64,000 nt of DNA from an uncultured bacterium. Lineage in GTDB: Bacteria; Bacillota_I; Bacilli_A; RF39; UBA660. The stretch is taken from contig CAMERI010000006.1 in NCBI GenBank assembly GCA_945935525.1, positions 4,194 to 68,193 on the forward strand, given 5' to 3'. The translations under genes and the position numbers were made by a program. How positions within the stretch are numbered: the stretch's first letter is position 1; each line of letters begins with the position of its first letter. Of the stretch, positions 30,415-40,323 are shown one piece after another. The notes below the pieces were generated by a model that was given only the letters and a program-made list of their open reading frames with translations, was not told where the DNA came from and did no database searches.

Positions 30415-30704
30415 ATCTTAACCTCCTATTATTATAGTTAGCCATAAAAATCAAAAACACTTCTTTTTTATAAAATAGTTATTCAAACCGTCACAATTTT
30501 TGACCGGTTCACATCACAACTCATTTTATATAATTTAAACTAATTTAAAAGTTTATTATTTTACAAAAATTAATTGATTTTCTAATACATGAATGATAAA
30601 AAGTATCTAATGAGTGGACCTCCTGCTTTCAGGGGGTCTACTCTTTTTTCATTTATAAAGTACCAAAATAAAAAAGTTATAATTAATAACTCTTTTATCA
30701 AATA

Positions 30705-31046
30705 TTATAGGAATTTACCTGGACAACCTACATTTTCATTACATATTTCATTTTCTTCAGTACAAGTATAACAAGGACTATAAGTATGTCTATAAATATG
30801 ATGATTAATAATTCTAGTATTTACTGGACAAACATGAGGAACTTCATGAATGATTTGTCTATGAACACATCTTTCTTGAGGGCATTCATAGATTGGTTGA
30901 CATACAACTCCTGGCATAGTATTACATGAAGTAGTAGTTTCACCCATCATTTTTTCAGGAGTAACTTTTAATTCAGCACTACCTTCAACACTATAACCTT
31001 GATACATACCCATTGTATTATTCATTTTAACACTTCTCCTTTTCAT
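30705..31046 (-). CDS. CotD-like His/Cys-rich spore coat protein
   Basis: 'CQPIYECPQERCVHRQIIHEVPHVCPVNTRIINHHIYRHTYSPC' has CotD-family His/Cys periodicity. Confidence 0.4.
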   Translation of the reverse strand: MKRRSVKMNNTMGMYQGYSVEGSAELKVTPEKMMGETTTSCNTMPGVVCQPIYECPQERCVHRQIIHEVPHVCPVNTRIINHHIYRHTYSPCYTCTEENEICNENVGCPGKFL

Positions 31047-31147
31047 AGATATTTTATGTTAAAAATAAATCTATGTTTAGGCATTTAAAAAGCATCTACT
31101 TATTTTAAGATGCTACTTAATTATAACACATAAAAAAAAGTAAACAT

Positions 31148-31175
31148 ATCCCTTGTTTACTTTAATTGTAACACC
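31148..31175. terminator. bidirectional terminator between the cotD-like gene and the pilus operon
   Basis: GTAAACA-TATCCCT-TGTTTAC hairpin with flanking A-run and T-run. Confidence 0.5.
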
Positions 31176-31186
31176 ACACAGAAGTC

Positions 31187-31750
31187 TTAAATTCTATTAC
31201 ATCTAACAGTTACTCTTCTAAGTCCATCCTTAGTACAAGTATATAGTGTTAGATCAAAATCACTTTCAATCATTTCTTTAATATCAGTAGAATTAAGTTC
31301 TTCAACTACTTCTACTTGATAAGTATATTTATTATTATTAGCATCTATAAATACAACTTCATCACCTTTTTTTAACTTATATAAATATCTAAAATGAGAT
31401 TTATAAGAGTGTCCACATATAACTAAATTATTATTCTTAACTGAACCATAATATAATGCAGGTGTCTTTCTAAGTGATGAATAAGAAAACTCTTTACTGA
31501 TTGGTAAATTCAAATCTAATGATGGAATAACTATATATCCAACATATTCTAGATCATTTATAACAATCAAATTATCTTCTTTATTTTTAGATTCTTCATC
31601 TATTAGTTTATTCATAATATCATTACTTTCTCTTTTAGAATATACTTCTTCCCATTCGAAATATATAAGTAAAACTAATGAAATAGATATTAATGATAAA
31701 CCTAATATTAATATTTTTTTAGCTGTTTTGTTCATGTGATACCTTATCAT
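31187..31750 (-). CDS. small sortase-family transpeptidase
   Basis: His 'ICGHSY', Cys 'LTLYTCT' (TLxTC) and C-terminal Arg. N-terminal TM. 187 aa. Confidence 0.65.
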   Translation of the reverse strand: MIRYHMNKTAKKILILGLSLISISLVLLIYFEWEEVYSKRESNDIMNKLIDEESKNKEDNLIVINDLEYVGYIVIPSLDLNLPISKEFSYSSLRKTPALYYGSVKNNNLVICGHSYKSHFRYLYKLKKGDEVVFIDANNNKYTYQVEVVEELNSTDIKEMIESDFDLTLYTCTKDGLRRVTVRCNRI

Positions 31751-32615
31751 AAACTAAACTAATTATTACAAATAATACCCCAATCATTCCAACTAATAAT
31801 ACTATCCATAACATTTGTCCAGTTTGTACTAAACTACTAGTATTAGTAATAATAAATGAATTATCTTCTTTTTGATAAGTTACTGTATATCCCTTTGGAA
31901 CATTTTTTTCTCTTACAGTATACATATCACTCTTTTCTAAATCTATCCAAGTATATTTCCAATCGTTTTCTTTACTTAATGTTATAGTATCAATTACTTC
32001 ATCATTAAGTAATAATTCAACTGTTATACTTTTAGGTATATTTATAGTATGATTTGTATTACTTGTACTAGTATTCCAAACCTTTTTAACATCTATATTA
32101 ATTACTCTAATAATATCTGTTTTAGGAGTAGCTTCTACATCATAAACCCATTTATTATCAATAACTTTAGGAATCATTGCTAAGAATGAATCTATTTTAG
32201 AAAAACCTTCTACTTTATTAGTTTGTTTAACTAAATATAGTCCCAAGTCCAAGTCTTCATATTTAACACTACCATCACCATCAGTTACTTTAACTATTCC
32301 AGTCATATCACTAGGAATACATTTTTCTATTTCACCGCTTACAGTTGAAGATTCTAAATCTACAAGTGATACTGGACATCCTTCTAACTCTTTGACATAT
32401 TCAAATACTAGATTATGATTTTTTTCACGGGCATCAGCAACTTTATAAATAGTTAACTCTGACCCTTCAATTTTCTCATTATCATTCTTTTCATATAAAG
32501 TTATTTGAATAGACCCTTTATGATTAAAATCAACTACATTACTTGATAATGCATAAATATTATCTACACTAAACAGCATAATCAATGATAATAATAATAT
32601 TTTTATTCTTTTCAT
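31719..32615 (-). CDS. minor (basal?) pilin / CnaB-like surface protein with a non-canonical sorting signal 'LVQTG'
   Basis: Signal peptide, Ig-like segments ('VKKVWNTSTSN'), and C-terminal 'SSLVQTGQ' + hydrophobic helix + 'YDKVSHEQNS' tail. Confidence 0.5.
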   Translation of the reverse strand: MKRIKILLLSLIMLFSVDNIYALSSNVVDFNHKGSIQITLYEKNDNEKIEGSELTIYKVADAREKNHNLVFEYVKELEGCPVSLVDLESSTVSGEIEKCIPSDMTGIVKVTDGDGSVKYEDLDLGLYLVKQTNKVEGFSKIDSFLAMIPKVIDNKWVYDVEATPKTDIIRVINIDVKKVWNTSTSNTNHTINIPKSITVELLLNDEVIDTITLSKENDWKYTWIDLEKSDMYTVREKNVPKGYTVTYQKEDNSFIITNTSSLVQTGQMLWIVLLVGMIGVLFVIISLVYDKVSHEQNS

Positions 32616-33520
32616 TTTTTACCTCCATGAAAATCTCTTCCATTAGGATAAAGAAATTGTTCGTATTTATTAATATTAACTCTTTTAACAGGTTTTATTA
32701 ATATAACGATTAGTAATAAAGCTATTATTGGAAGTGCTATAATAGGCATTACTATTAATTTATTTACTTTAAATCCTTCTGTTGTTATATAATCTTTTTT
32801 ATTTTCCCCCTGTACCCTAACTCCTCTTACAAGAAGTCTATGCGTATTGATTCCATAAGGTGTACAAGTAAGTAACGTAACGTAATCATTATTTTTATCA
32901 ATCTTTAATTCTTTTCTATCATTAGGTTTTACTATTGATATTTTATCTACTTTATAAACAAGAACTTCATCTAATATAGTTATTTTAAAAGTATCCCCTA
33001 TTTCTAATTTATCTAGTTCTGTAAAAAGTTTGGCTGAAGGTAAACCTCTATGAGCAGATAATACACTATGAGTTCCATTACCACCTATTGGTAACGAAGA
33101 ACCTTCTAAATGTCCTACACTAGAATTTAACACAATTTCACTAACCGAATGATATATTGGAAGTTCAACTTTAATTTTATCTATAGTTAAATATCCCATC
33201 ATATCATCATTATTAATGTTTAAAAGATCATTATAATTTTCTAAAGTTTCATAAGTTATTAATGGTTCTTTTAACTTACTTAACTTATCATTATATTCTT
33301 TAGCATCTTTTTTAACTTTATCGAAATCTATTTTATCAGCATCTTTTAAGATATTTTCATAATTATATATAGTTCTTGATTGATTCTTTTCATTATAATA
33401 ATTACTTAATGTTGGGTAAAAAAATACTAGAAGACCTATGAAAAAAAATAATATCATAAACATCGTGATCTTATGTTCTTTCATAATTCCATATACCTTA
33501 CCCTTTCTATCAATTAACAT
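32612..33520 (-). CDS. class C (pilus-assembly) sortase
   Basis: N-terminal TM, 'LSAHRG' His, 'LLTCTPYG' Cys, 'RLLVRGVR' Arg, and a C-terminal TM anchor (the lid-containing class C architecture). Confidence 0.8.
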   Translation of the reverse strand: MLIDRKGKVYGIMKEHKITMFMILFFFIGLLVFFYPTLSNYYNEKNQSRTIYNYENILKDADKIDFDKVKKDAKEYNDKLSKLKEPLITYETLENYNDLLNINNDDMMGYLTIDKIKVELPIYHSVSEIVLNSSVGHLEGSSLPIGGNGTHSVLSAHRGLPSAKLFTELDKLEIGDTFKITILDEVLVYKVDKISIVKPNDRKELKIDKNNDYVTLLTCTPYGINTHRLLVRGVRVQGENKKDYITTEGFKVNKLIVMPIIALPIIALLLIVILIKPVKRVNINKYEQFLYPNGRDFHGGKK

Positions 33521-33586
33521 TTATTTTTGATAGTTAGGAAGATTATATTTCTTCCCAACCATCTATTTATTACTGACTATTTATTA

Positions 33587-34978
33587 TTATATATTTTCTT
33601 TATATACTCTTAATTTAGTTACTAATAATAGACCAAATCCTATTACTAAGATTGAACCTAATGTTAAGAATAATGTAGTTCCAATTCCACCTGTTTCTGG
33701 TAATTGTGAACCAGTGTAGTTTAATACTTCTGCAGTAAATCTACTAAATGTATTATTAGAACCAACTTTAGAAATAATTACTTCAACTTTGCTAGTTAAC
33801 TTATTATAACCAGTTGGAGGAGTAACTTCTTCTAAATAATATGTATCTGCATCTAATCCTTCAATTGTTGCTTCACCAGCATTAATTAAAACATCATTTT
33901 CTTCAGTAGTTACGCGATAAACATTATTTTCTATTAATTCAACATAAATTATATTATTATTTTTGTCAAATAATTTAAATGTAGCTCCTTCTAATTTAGT
34001 TTTAGTTTCTCCATCTTTTTTGATAATGTTAAACTTATAAGTATAAGTTGTAGTTTTAACTTTATCAGTTGTTTTATTTTCACCATAAGCTAAATCTAAT
34101 TCGTTTGGATTACCATTTCCTTCAACTACAGCATTTTCATTTAATGTAGCAGTATAGTATACTTCAATTTTAGTATTTTTAGGTAATGTAACGATATATG
34201 AATCTTTGAATTCTACAACAAATGTATATCCATCTTTATTAGGAGTAACTGTATAGTTAGATGCATCAACAGTAGTATCTCCAGCTTTAACTTTAACTGA
34301 ATTTGCATTGAATGTAAGTCCTGCGCTCATTGTATCACGAAGTACATATTTAGTATAACCAGCACCAGTAGTGATAGTAGCTTTGAAATCAATTGTATCA
34401 CCAATAGTAGCATCATTAGTTTTTCCATAATCACCAGTTGAATCTTCTTTAACGTCCTTATCAACTTTTGGAGTTACTGTATTTTTTTCTTCAATAACAG
34501 CATTTGGATTAGTTGTAGTTAAGTTTAATAATGAACCAGTAGTAGTATCAACTAAATAGTATCCTAAAGGTAAGCCATCAAACTTAACAGTAGTGCTAGT
34601 AGCTTTTATAGGAGCTACAGTAGTAGTAACATTGTTTGCTTTAGCCCAAGCAAGTGCTGCTTTAGAGAATTCTACTACATCTGCACCAGTTTTCCATACA
34701 TAGTATGTAGCCCCAGTACCATTACTATTTTGTGCAACTAAGTACTTTTTGCCTTCAGCACTTGTAATGAATTCTTCAAAATTAGCATTAGCTCTATAGA
34801 TATAATGATTAGCATCATTGTCATAAGTTTCTAAATCTAATATTCTATAGATTGAATAAGTTTCGTCAACTACTGCTTTATTGATAGTAATTGAACCAGT
34901 TTCGTTAGCCGCATTTACTTGTACTAATGCAAATACAAAAGCAAATAACAACCCGAATAATTTCTTAATGTTTTTCAT
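33587..34978 (-). CDS. major (backbone) pilin with LPXTG sorting signal
   Basis: Pilin-motif-like 'LPKNTK'. E-box 'YYLEEVTPPTGY'. C-terminal 'LPETGG' + TM + 'KLRVYKENI'. Confidence 0.8.
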   Translation of the reverse strand: MKNIKKLFGLLFAFVFALVQVNAANETGSITINKAVVDETYSIYRILDLETYDNDANHYIYRANANFEEFITSAEGKKYLVAQNSNGTGATYYVWKTGADVVEFSKAALAWAKANNVTTTVAPIKATSTTVKFDGLPLGYYLVDTTTGSLLNLTTTNPNAVIEEKNTVTPKVDKDVKEDSTGDYGKTNDATIGDTIDFKATITTGAGYTKYVLRDTMSAGLTFNANSVKVKAGDTTVDASNYTVTPNKDGYTFVVEFKDSYIVTLPKNTKIEVYYTATLNENAVVEGNGNPNELDLAYGENKTTDKVKTTTYTYKFNIIKKDGETKTKLEGATFKLFDKNNNIIYVELIENNVYRVTTEENDVLINAGEATIEGLDADTYYLEEVTPPTGYNKLTSKVEVIISKVGSNNTFSRFTAEVLNYTGSQLPETGGIGTTLFLTLGSILVIGFGLLLVTKLRVYKENI

Positions 34979-35008
34979 TTTCTATTTCCTTTCCTTTCAA
35001 AATAAACA

Positions 35009-37267
35009 TTAATGTTTCATAGTCAGTCTTTTATTTAAAACATTAACTGATATATAAATAATAGGGACAACTAATAATAGTGAACCTATTATTAACAAAA
35101 TTAACATACCACTACTTCCAGTAGCTGGTAACTCATACCCAGAAACATTAGTAAATTTTATTTCCATACTATCTTTCAAAGTATAAGATTCTTGCTTTTC
35201 AGCATCATATATTTTTATCACTCCACCATTAACTTGATATTTAACAATGAAGCCATTTGTATCTAATTCTTTAACTACATAAGTAATACCATATGGTAAA
35301 TCTTTAATAGTTATTTGTTCTTTATCTTTTAATTTAATAGTTGCTTTTCCATTACTAAAAGTAACATTTTCAGTTGATTCTTTATTATTAATCTTTCTTA
35401 TAACAGTATAAGTACCTTCTAAATTACTTCCTTTATATTTAGCTTCTATTTCAAAAGTAAAATTTTGATTAGTATCTACTCCCTCAACAAATTTCTTAAT
35501 TGTTAAGTTTCTCTTTTTATATGTATTTATTACTTGTCCATCTTTCAAAGGACTAGTAGTAAATCCATAACTAACTTCTACATCATTAATATCTTTACTT
35601 ATTTCATGATATTCATCAGTAGATACTTCATGTATTTTATATTTATGACCAGAAGGTATCTTGTCAAAAGTAACTTTTCCATTTGAATCTGATGTACTAG
35701 TCATTTTAAAATCACTGGCCATATGTCTTCTTTCTTTTAAACAAGGACAATCATCTGAATGATATATTTCAAACTTAGTTCCTTTTAGTGGCTTATTTCC
35801 ATAATTAGTTAATTTATCAAACTCAAGTTTACCTAAAAAAGCTTTAACTTCTGGTCTTGGAAATTCTATTGTACCAGTTCTTGAACTCTTACTTGTTTTA
35901 ACTATATAATTTAACGTAGTAACACCATTTGTTTTATATGATGTACCTTCTACAAAATTACTTAATTCATTTTCAATCCTTACTCTATACTTTAATTTAT
36001 AAGTATATGTATTACCATTAACTTCAGGTGTTGAATTCTTTAAATCCCATTTTATCTTTTCATTTGTAGTATCAAAGGATGCAGTATTTGGATAACTATT
36101 AGATTTAGTAACTGAATCACTTAAAACATTATTTTCTCCATACATACCTATAAATTCAATATTTTTAGGTTGATCGCTTGAATTCATAGGATCTTCAGTA
36201 ACCCAAGTAGCCTCAGATAAAATCATAATTTGTTCGAATATTGATTCAAAGGCTTCTGTCATGGCATTAGGATCATTAACATCATAATAATGGCCTGAAC
36301 CTATTTTATTTCTTAACCAATTTTTATATGCATCAGCACTTGAAGCATCACCTATTTCATATGTCGTTGATGACCTATCTACTACAGCATGTGAAGCATT
36401 TGCAGTTTGATCAATATACTTTTGTATTGTTTGTGCTCCGACATCTACTCCAACAGAATATATTCCAATACCACTATTTTTAATAGTAGTGGCCATTTGC
36501 CTTGCTCTTATTGCTGCTTCATCACTATAACTAGTTCCATAAGAACAAGGTTTATTTAATACTCTATCTTCAAATCTATTACCATCATAAGTATCATATC
36601 CAGTATATTCATTTTCAATATATGTTGTTGGAAATCCATCTGACAAGAATAATATATATTTTTTACTTGCAGAAGAACCATCTAACATATCTTTTGCTCT
36701 TTTAAGACCTGCTTCAATATTAGTAAATCGTTTATTATGAGCTTCTGAAACTGTTACGATATTTTCTTTTATTTCAGTTGTAATTTTGTCTTTTAGAGAT
36801 TGTTTGTTGCTTTCATTACAATTTTGTAAATTAAATATTTCATATGAATCTGAATTAAATGCAACAAATCCAAGCTTTCTATCAATACTACTATTTTGAG
36901 AACGAGCCGCAAAACTATCTATAAAACTATTACTTGCTTCTTTTGCAGCATCTAATCTCGTCTTTCCTGCACCTAGTGTTTGAGTCATAGTATTTGAAAT
37001 ATCCATAACTATTACTACTGCTAAATCAGGGTCTACTGCTATATTTTTTGTTTGAACGGTTAAAATAATATCAAAATAATTTTCTAACTCTGATGGGTAA
37101 ATATTTTTACTAACACTTACACCATCTGCTTCATTAATATTACTTCCACCTTCTTTAGTAATTTGCCTTTGATTATTATCATTTGCCTCTGCAAAAATAT
37201 TTATTATTGGATTAATAAACATTAAAAGAGCAAATAATATTGCAAATATTTTATTTATCTTTTTCAT
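35009..37267 (-). CDS. pilus tip adhesin with vWA (MIDAS) domain and CnaB-type domains, LPXTG-anchored
   Basis: 'VMDISNTM' is a MIDAS motif. The CnaB-like segment 'GTKFEIYHSDD...GKVTFDKIPSGHKYKIHEVSTDEYH' and the C-terminal 'LPATGS' sorting signal are present. Start taken at 'MKKINKIF', which has a GGGGGA SD. Confidence 0.75.
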   Translation of the reverse strand: MKKINKIFAILFALLMFINPIINIFAEANDNNQRQITKEGGSNINEADGVSVSKNIYPSELENYFDIILTVQTKNIAVDPDLAVVIVMDISNTMTQTLGAGKTRLDAAKEASNSFIDSFAARSQNSSIDRKLGFVAFNSDSYEIFNLQNCNESNKQSLKDKITTEIKENIVTVSEAHNKRFTNIEAGLKRAKDMLDGSSASKKYILFLSDGFPTTYIENEYTGYDTYDGNRFEDRVLNKPCSYGTSYSDEAAIRARQMATTIKNSGIGIYSVGVDVGAQTIQKYIDQTANASHAVVDRSSTTYEIGDASSADAYKNWLRNKIGSGHYYDVNDPNAMTEAFESIFEQIMILSEATWVTEDPMNSSDQPKNIEFIGMYGENNVLSDSVTKSNSYPNTASFDTTNEKIKWDLKNSTPEVNGNTYTYKLKYRVRIENELSNFVEGTSYKTNGVTTLNYIVKTSKSSRTGTIEFPRPEVKAFLGKLEFDKLTNYGNKPLKGTKFEIYHSDDCPCLKERRHMASDFKMTSTSDSNGKVTFDKIPSGHKYKIHEVSTDEYHEISKDINDVEVSYGFTTSPLKDGQVINTYKKRNLTIKKFVEGVDTNQNFTFEIEAKYKGSNLEGTYTVIRKINNKESTENVTFSNGKATIKLKDKEQITIKDLPYGITYVVKELDTNGFIVKYQVNGGVIKIYDAEKQESYTLKDSMEIKFTNVSGYELPATGSSGMLILLIIGSLLLVVPIIYISVNVLNKRLTMKH

Positions 37268-37296
37268 ACCATATCCCCCATATAAGAAAAATAAAA

Positions 37297-37917
37297 TTAT
37301 ATTTTTTTGATTTTCTTTATTGGCCAAACTTTAAATATAACTTTACCAATTATATTTTCTTTTGTGATTGTACCAATCATTTCACTACGTGAATCAGTTA
37401 ATACATCTCTTTCATCACTTAGTACGAATATACTATTATCACTTACTTGCACTGGATATTTAATATCACTTTCACCCTTTAAAAATTCTTTAACGTAATT
37501 TTCTTCTAATTTTTCTCCATTAACATAAACAATTCCATCTTTATCTATATTAACAAAATCACCTTGTACCCCAATTACTCTTTTCACCAATATTTTATTT
37601 CCATAATAGAATGCAACTACATCACCAGTTTTAAAGCTACTACTTTTAATAGTTAAGACTATATCTCCATCTTCTACTAAAGGTTTCATACTTGAATCAG
37701 TTATCTCTATAACTGGCATAAATAATGTAGCCCCAACTGATGCAACTGCAACTATTATTATTAACACATATATAGTACTTCTAAGTAGTCTAGAAAAACT
37801 ATGCCTATAATTTTCTCTATGTAATTCTTTTTCCAAATTTTCAACAGTTAGATCTTTATATGTAAGTTTCTTTTGTGTCTTTTTTCTTTTTTTTAACATA
37901 TCTCTAAACTTATGCAT
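37297..37917 (-). CDS. sipW: SipW-type (archaeal/ER-like) signal peptidase I
   Basis: 'DSSMKPLVEDGDIV' is the S26 catalytic Ser box. 206 aa. Located at the head of the pilus locus. Confidence 0.7.
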   Translation of the reverse strand: MHKFRDMLKKRKKTQKKLTYKDLTVENLEKELHRENYRHSFSRLLRSTIYVLIIIVAVASVGATLFMPVIEITDSSMKPLVEDGDIVLTIKSSSFKTGDVVAFYYGNKILVKRVIGVQGDFVNIDKDGIVYVNGEKLEENYVKEFLKGESDIKYPVQVSDNSIFVLSDERDVLTDSRSEMIGTITKENIIGKVIFKVWPIKKIKKI

Positions 37918-38411
37918 TATTTTTTCCTTTTATTACTGCCAGTTTTCTTTTTACTTTTTGAAGGATTTTTACCCGTAACTTTATTTACTTTAGAACTGGA
38001 ATTATTATTTGCCTTTAACAAAGCTTCTTCTTTCTTCTTATATTTTTCTTCAAGTTCTAACTCCTTCTTTTTCAACTTTTCAACTGTTTCCTTAATAAGT
38101 TTATTTCTTTGCAGCGTAGTTTCTCTTTTTAAAGATGCTTCCATTTTCTTACAATTATCTTTAATATTTTCATAATACTGATCAACAGCTTTTTGAGCAC
38201 TTTCAAATACTTCATTTAGCTTTAATGATGCCTCAGCAATTGAACCACTCTCTTTAATTTTTATTCTTTTAGAATCTAATTCATCCTGTACGCTTTTAAG
38301 TTCAAGCTCTAGCTCTTGAATTCTTTTTGCTTGTTCTAACATAAGTTCTAATAATTCTTTACGTTTTAATCTTTTTAATTCTTTTTGTTCCATAACCCAC
38401 CTATCATACAT
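37917..38411 (-). CDS. Lys/Glu-rich coiled-coil protein, hypothetical
   Basis: Continuous heptad-like 'ELKRLKRKELLELMLEQAKRIQELELELKSVQDELD'. Stop overlaps the sipW start. Confidence 0.4.
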   Translation of the reverse strand: MYDRWVMEQKELKRLKRKELLELMLEQAKRIQELELELKSVQDELDSKRIKIKESGSIAEASLKLNEVFESAQKAVDQYYENIKDNCKKMEASLKRETTLQRNKLIKETVEKLKKKELELEEKYKKKEEALLKANNNSSSKVNKVTGKNPSKSKKKTGSNKRKK

Positions 38412-38564
38412 AGAAAAAATTAATTTTTTATTAAGAAAAACATCACATATTGTTCTTTTGCAGTTCTATATACTATCACAAAAAAAATTTTTGTCAATAA
38501 TTTAATATTAAAAATATAATATTAATTAATAATATGATATGAAAATTAAATTTTACACAAAAAA

Positions 38565-38592
38565 AAGATATTACTTAAATATAATATCTTTT
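38565..38592 (-). terminator. rho-independent terminator after the PBP-like gene
   Basis: AAGATATTA...TAATATCTT hairpin plus a U-run on the minus strand. Confidence 0.45.
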
Positions 38593-38599
38593 ATAAATT

Positions 38600-39733
38600 T
38601 TATTGATTATTTTTTAAGTAATCTATAACTTCATTATAAACATCCATTCTAAGTCCTGAAGTTACACTTGTTATTTCTTGAGGAATTCCTTTAATAGTAC
38701 CACTTATCTTACTAACATCATAATTTCCTCCAGTAGTACCTACTCTAAATCCATATCTTTCCCAACTTCTTTGAGCAACTTCTTTATCATTAAATGCTTC
38801 TAATAGTTTCTTACCATTATCATCAAAAGCAGCAATGCAATGACTATTCCATATAGTTGGTGTTGGATATAATATTCTAATCTTATCTTTTACTTGATTC
38901 CATCCATCAGGATTTGCATTAGCAAAATCTATAACACTCTTTTCATAATCAACTATCATAGGTTTAGCACCCATACCAGTTTTTAAGAACATTGAGAACA
39001 AATCAGCAGGTGTATTATTCATATATCCACTCTTTAAATAGAATCCTTTTAATTTAGGAAGTGCTTCGTTAATACTAACAGAGTTAACATCTCCACCTGC
39101 CATAATAGATAGTAATAATCCATAATATGTAGCACCCGGTGAAGAAGTAACTGGGTCAGTAGATCCAATATTTACTTGACCATAAATATTAAGTCCAAGT
39201 TCATTCCATTTTTTACCTTGTAATATATAATTAATTAACTTATTCATATCAGTTATATAATAAACATCATTTTGAACAGTAACAATTTTTTCCTTAATTA
39301 AAGCATCAGTTACTTCTGCCCAACTATATATAACTATAGGTGTATTAAGAACTAAATCTCCAGCAACTACATAATCACGAGCAGCTTCTCCTGTTTTAGG
39401 ACTAGTCTTAAAGTAATCATAATATCTTTGATCAGAGAAGAACGCTAAATCATACTTACTTCCATCTTTACGTACTAAACTCTCTTTAACAGTTTTACCA
39501 TTACTCCAAGAATCTTGTACAAATTTAAATTTATACTTTTTAGCAAATATCTTATTTATTTCTTCATCAGCAAGTAAATCCTCTTTACCACCACCAACAG
39601 CTCCATATATCTCTGTTACTGAATTAGTAAAATCTCCATTCTTAATAAGAACAACTACTACTATAATTACTACTAATAGAACTGCACCTATTATTTTTGA
39701 AATCATACCTTCTTTTTTAAACATTTTTTTCAC
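38600..39733 (-). CDS. membrane-anchored periplasmic-binding-protein-like (PBP/SBP-like) protein
   Basis: N-terminal TM, then a domain that looks paralogous to the N-terminal half of the 40324-41895 protein. Confidence 0.4.
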   Translation of the reverse strand: MKKMFKKEGMISKIIGAVLLVVIIVVVVLIKNGDFTNSVTEIYGAVGGGKEDLLADEEINKIFAKKYKFKFVQDSWSNGKTVKESLVRKDGSKYDLAFFSDQRYYDYFKTSPKTGEAARDYVVAGDLVLNTPIVIYSWAEVTDALIKEKIVTVQNDVYYITDMNKLINYILQGKKWNELGLNIYGQVNIGSTDPVTSSPGATYYGLLLSIMAGGDVNSVSINEALPKLKGFYLKSGYMNNTPADLFSMFLKTGMGAKPMIVDYEKSVIDFANANPDGWNQVKDKIRILYPTPTIWNSHCIAAFDDNGKKLLEAFNDKEVAQRSWERYGFRVGTTGGNYDVSKISGTIKGIPQEITSVTSGLRMDVYNEVIDYLKNNQ

Positions 39734-40322
39734 TTCCTTTTAACTCATCTTCATCAATATCTAAATCAGATGTTCTTTCAAAGACTTTCATCTCAAAATC
39801 TAATTCTTGATCTTTAGATTTAACTATTTCTTCTAATAACCTATCACATTCATGTTCTACTTCTTTAATATACACAGACATCTTAAGTATAAGTTTATTT
39901 TCAACAAATGTTTTTTCTTTTTTACTTTCAGCTTCTATATATTTAGTAACTATTCTAGTTGTAAATGGTAAATAATAATCTAAGAAGTTATATATTTTAG
40001 TGGCATTTCTAGGTTTAGTTTCTAAATGCTTTGTTATCTTTTGTGATACATTTACTATTTTAGCAAGTTTTTCTTTTATAGTTTTATCTTTTATTTTTTC
40101 TTTATAATCATTTAGTTTTGACATTTCGAAGTTATATCTAGCTAGTGCTTCTCTATCATATACTCTTATATCTTGTGATTTAAATAAGAATATACCAGCT
40201 ATATATATAACTACTGTTAGTATTAATGCAATCCATAAATAAAAGTCCATTACCACATATAGTATTATAAATGCTATTCCAGAAGTTATAGCTGACATTA
40301 AATATCTCTTTTGTATATTCAT
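39717..40322 (-). CDS. XpaC-like (5-bromo-4-chloroindolyl phosphate hydrolysis protein family) membrane protein
   Basis: Two N-terminal TMs plus a charged helical C-terminus. About 200 aa, the same architecture as B. subtilis XpaC. Confidence 0.4.
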   Translation of the reverse strand: MNIQKRYLMSAITSGIAFIILYVVMDFYLWIALILTVVIYIAGIFLFKSQDIRVYDREALARYNFEMSKLNDYKEKIKDKTIKEKLAKIVNVSQKITKHLETKPRNATKIYNFLDYYLPFTTRIVTKYIEAESKKEKTFVENKLILKMSVYIKEVEHECDRLLEEIVKSKDQELDFEMKVFERTSDLDIDEDELKGSEKNV

Positions 40323-40323
40323 A

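Noticed and set aside
30415-30560. Possible LexA (Cheo) box upstream of the DinD-like gene
   Set aside because: No GAAC-N4-GTTC match. The inverted repeat found there (ACCGTCACAA…TTGACCGGTT) is a different motif and is reported as a finding instead.
30589-30771. 60-aa plus-strand ORF upstream of or overlapping the cotD-like gene
   Set aside because: It overlaps the better-supported CotD-like CDS and has no SD. The translation is low complexity.
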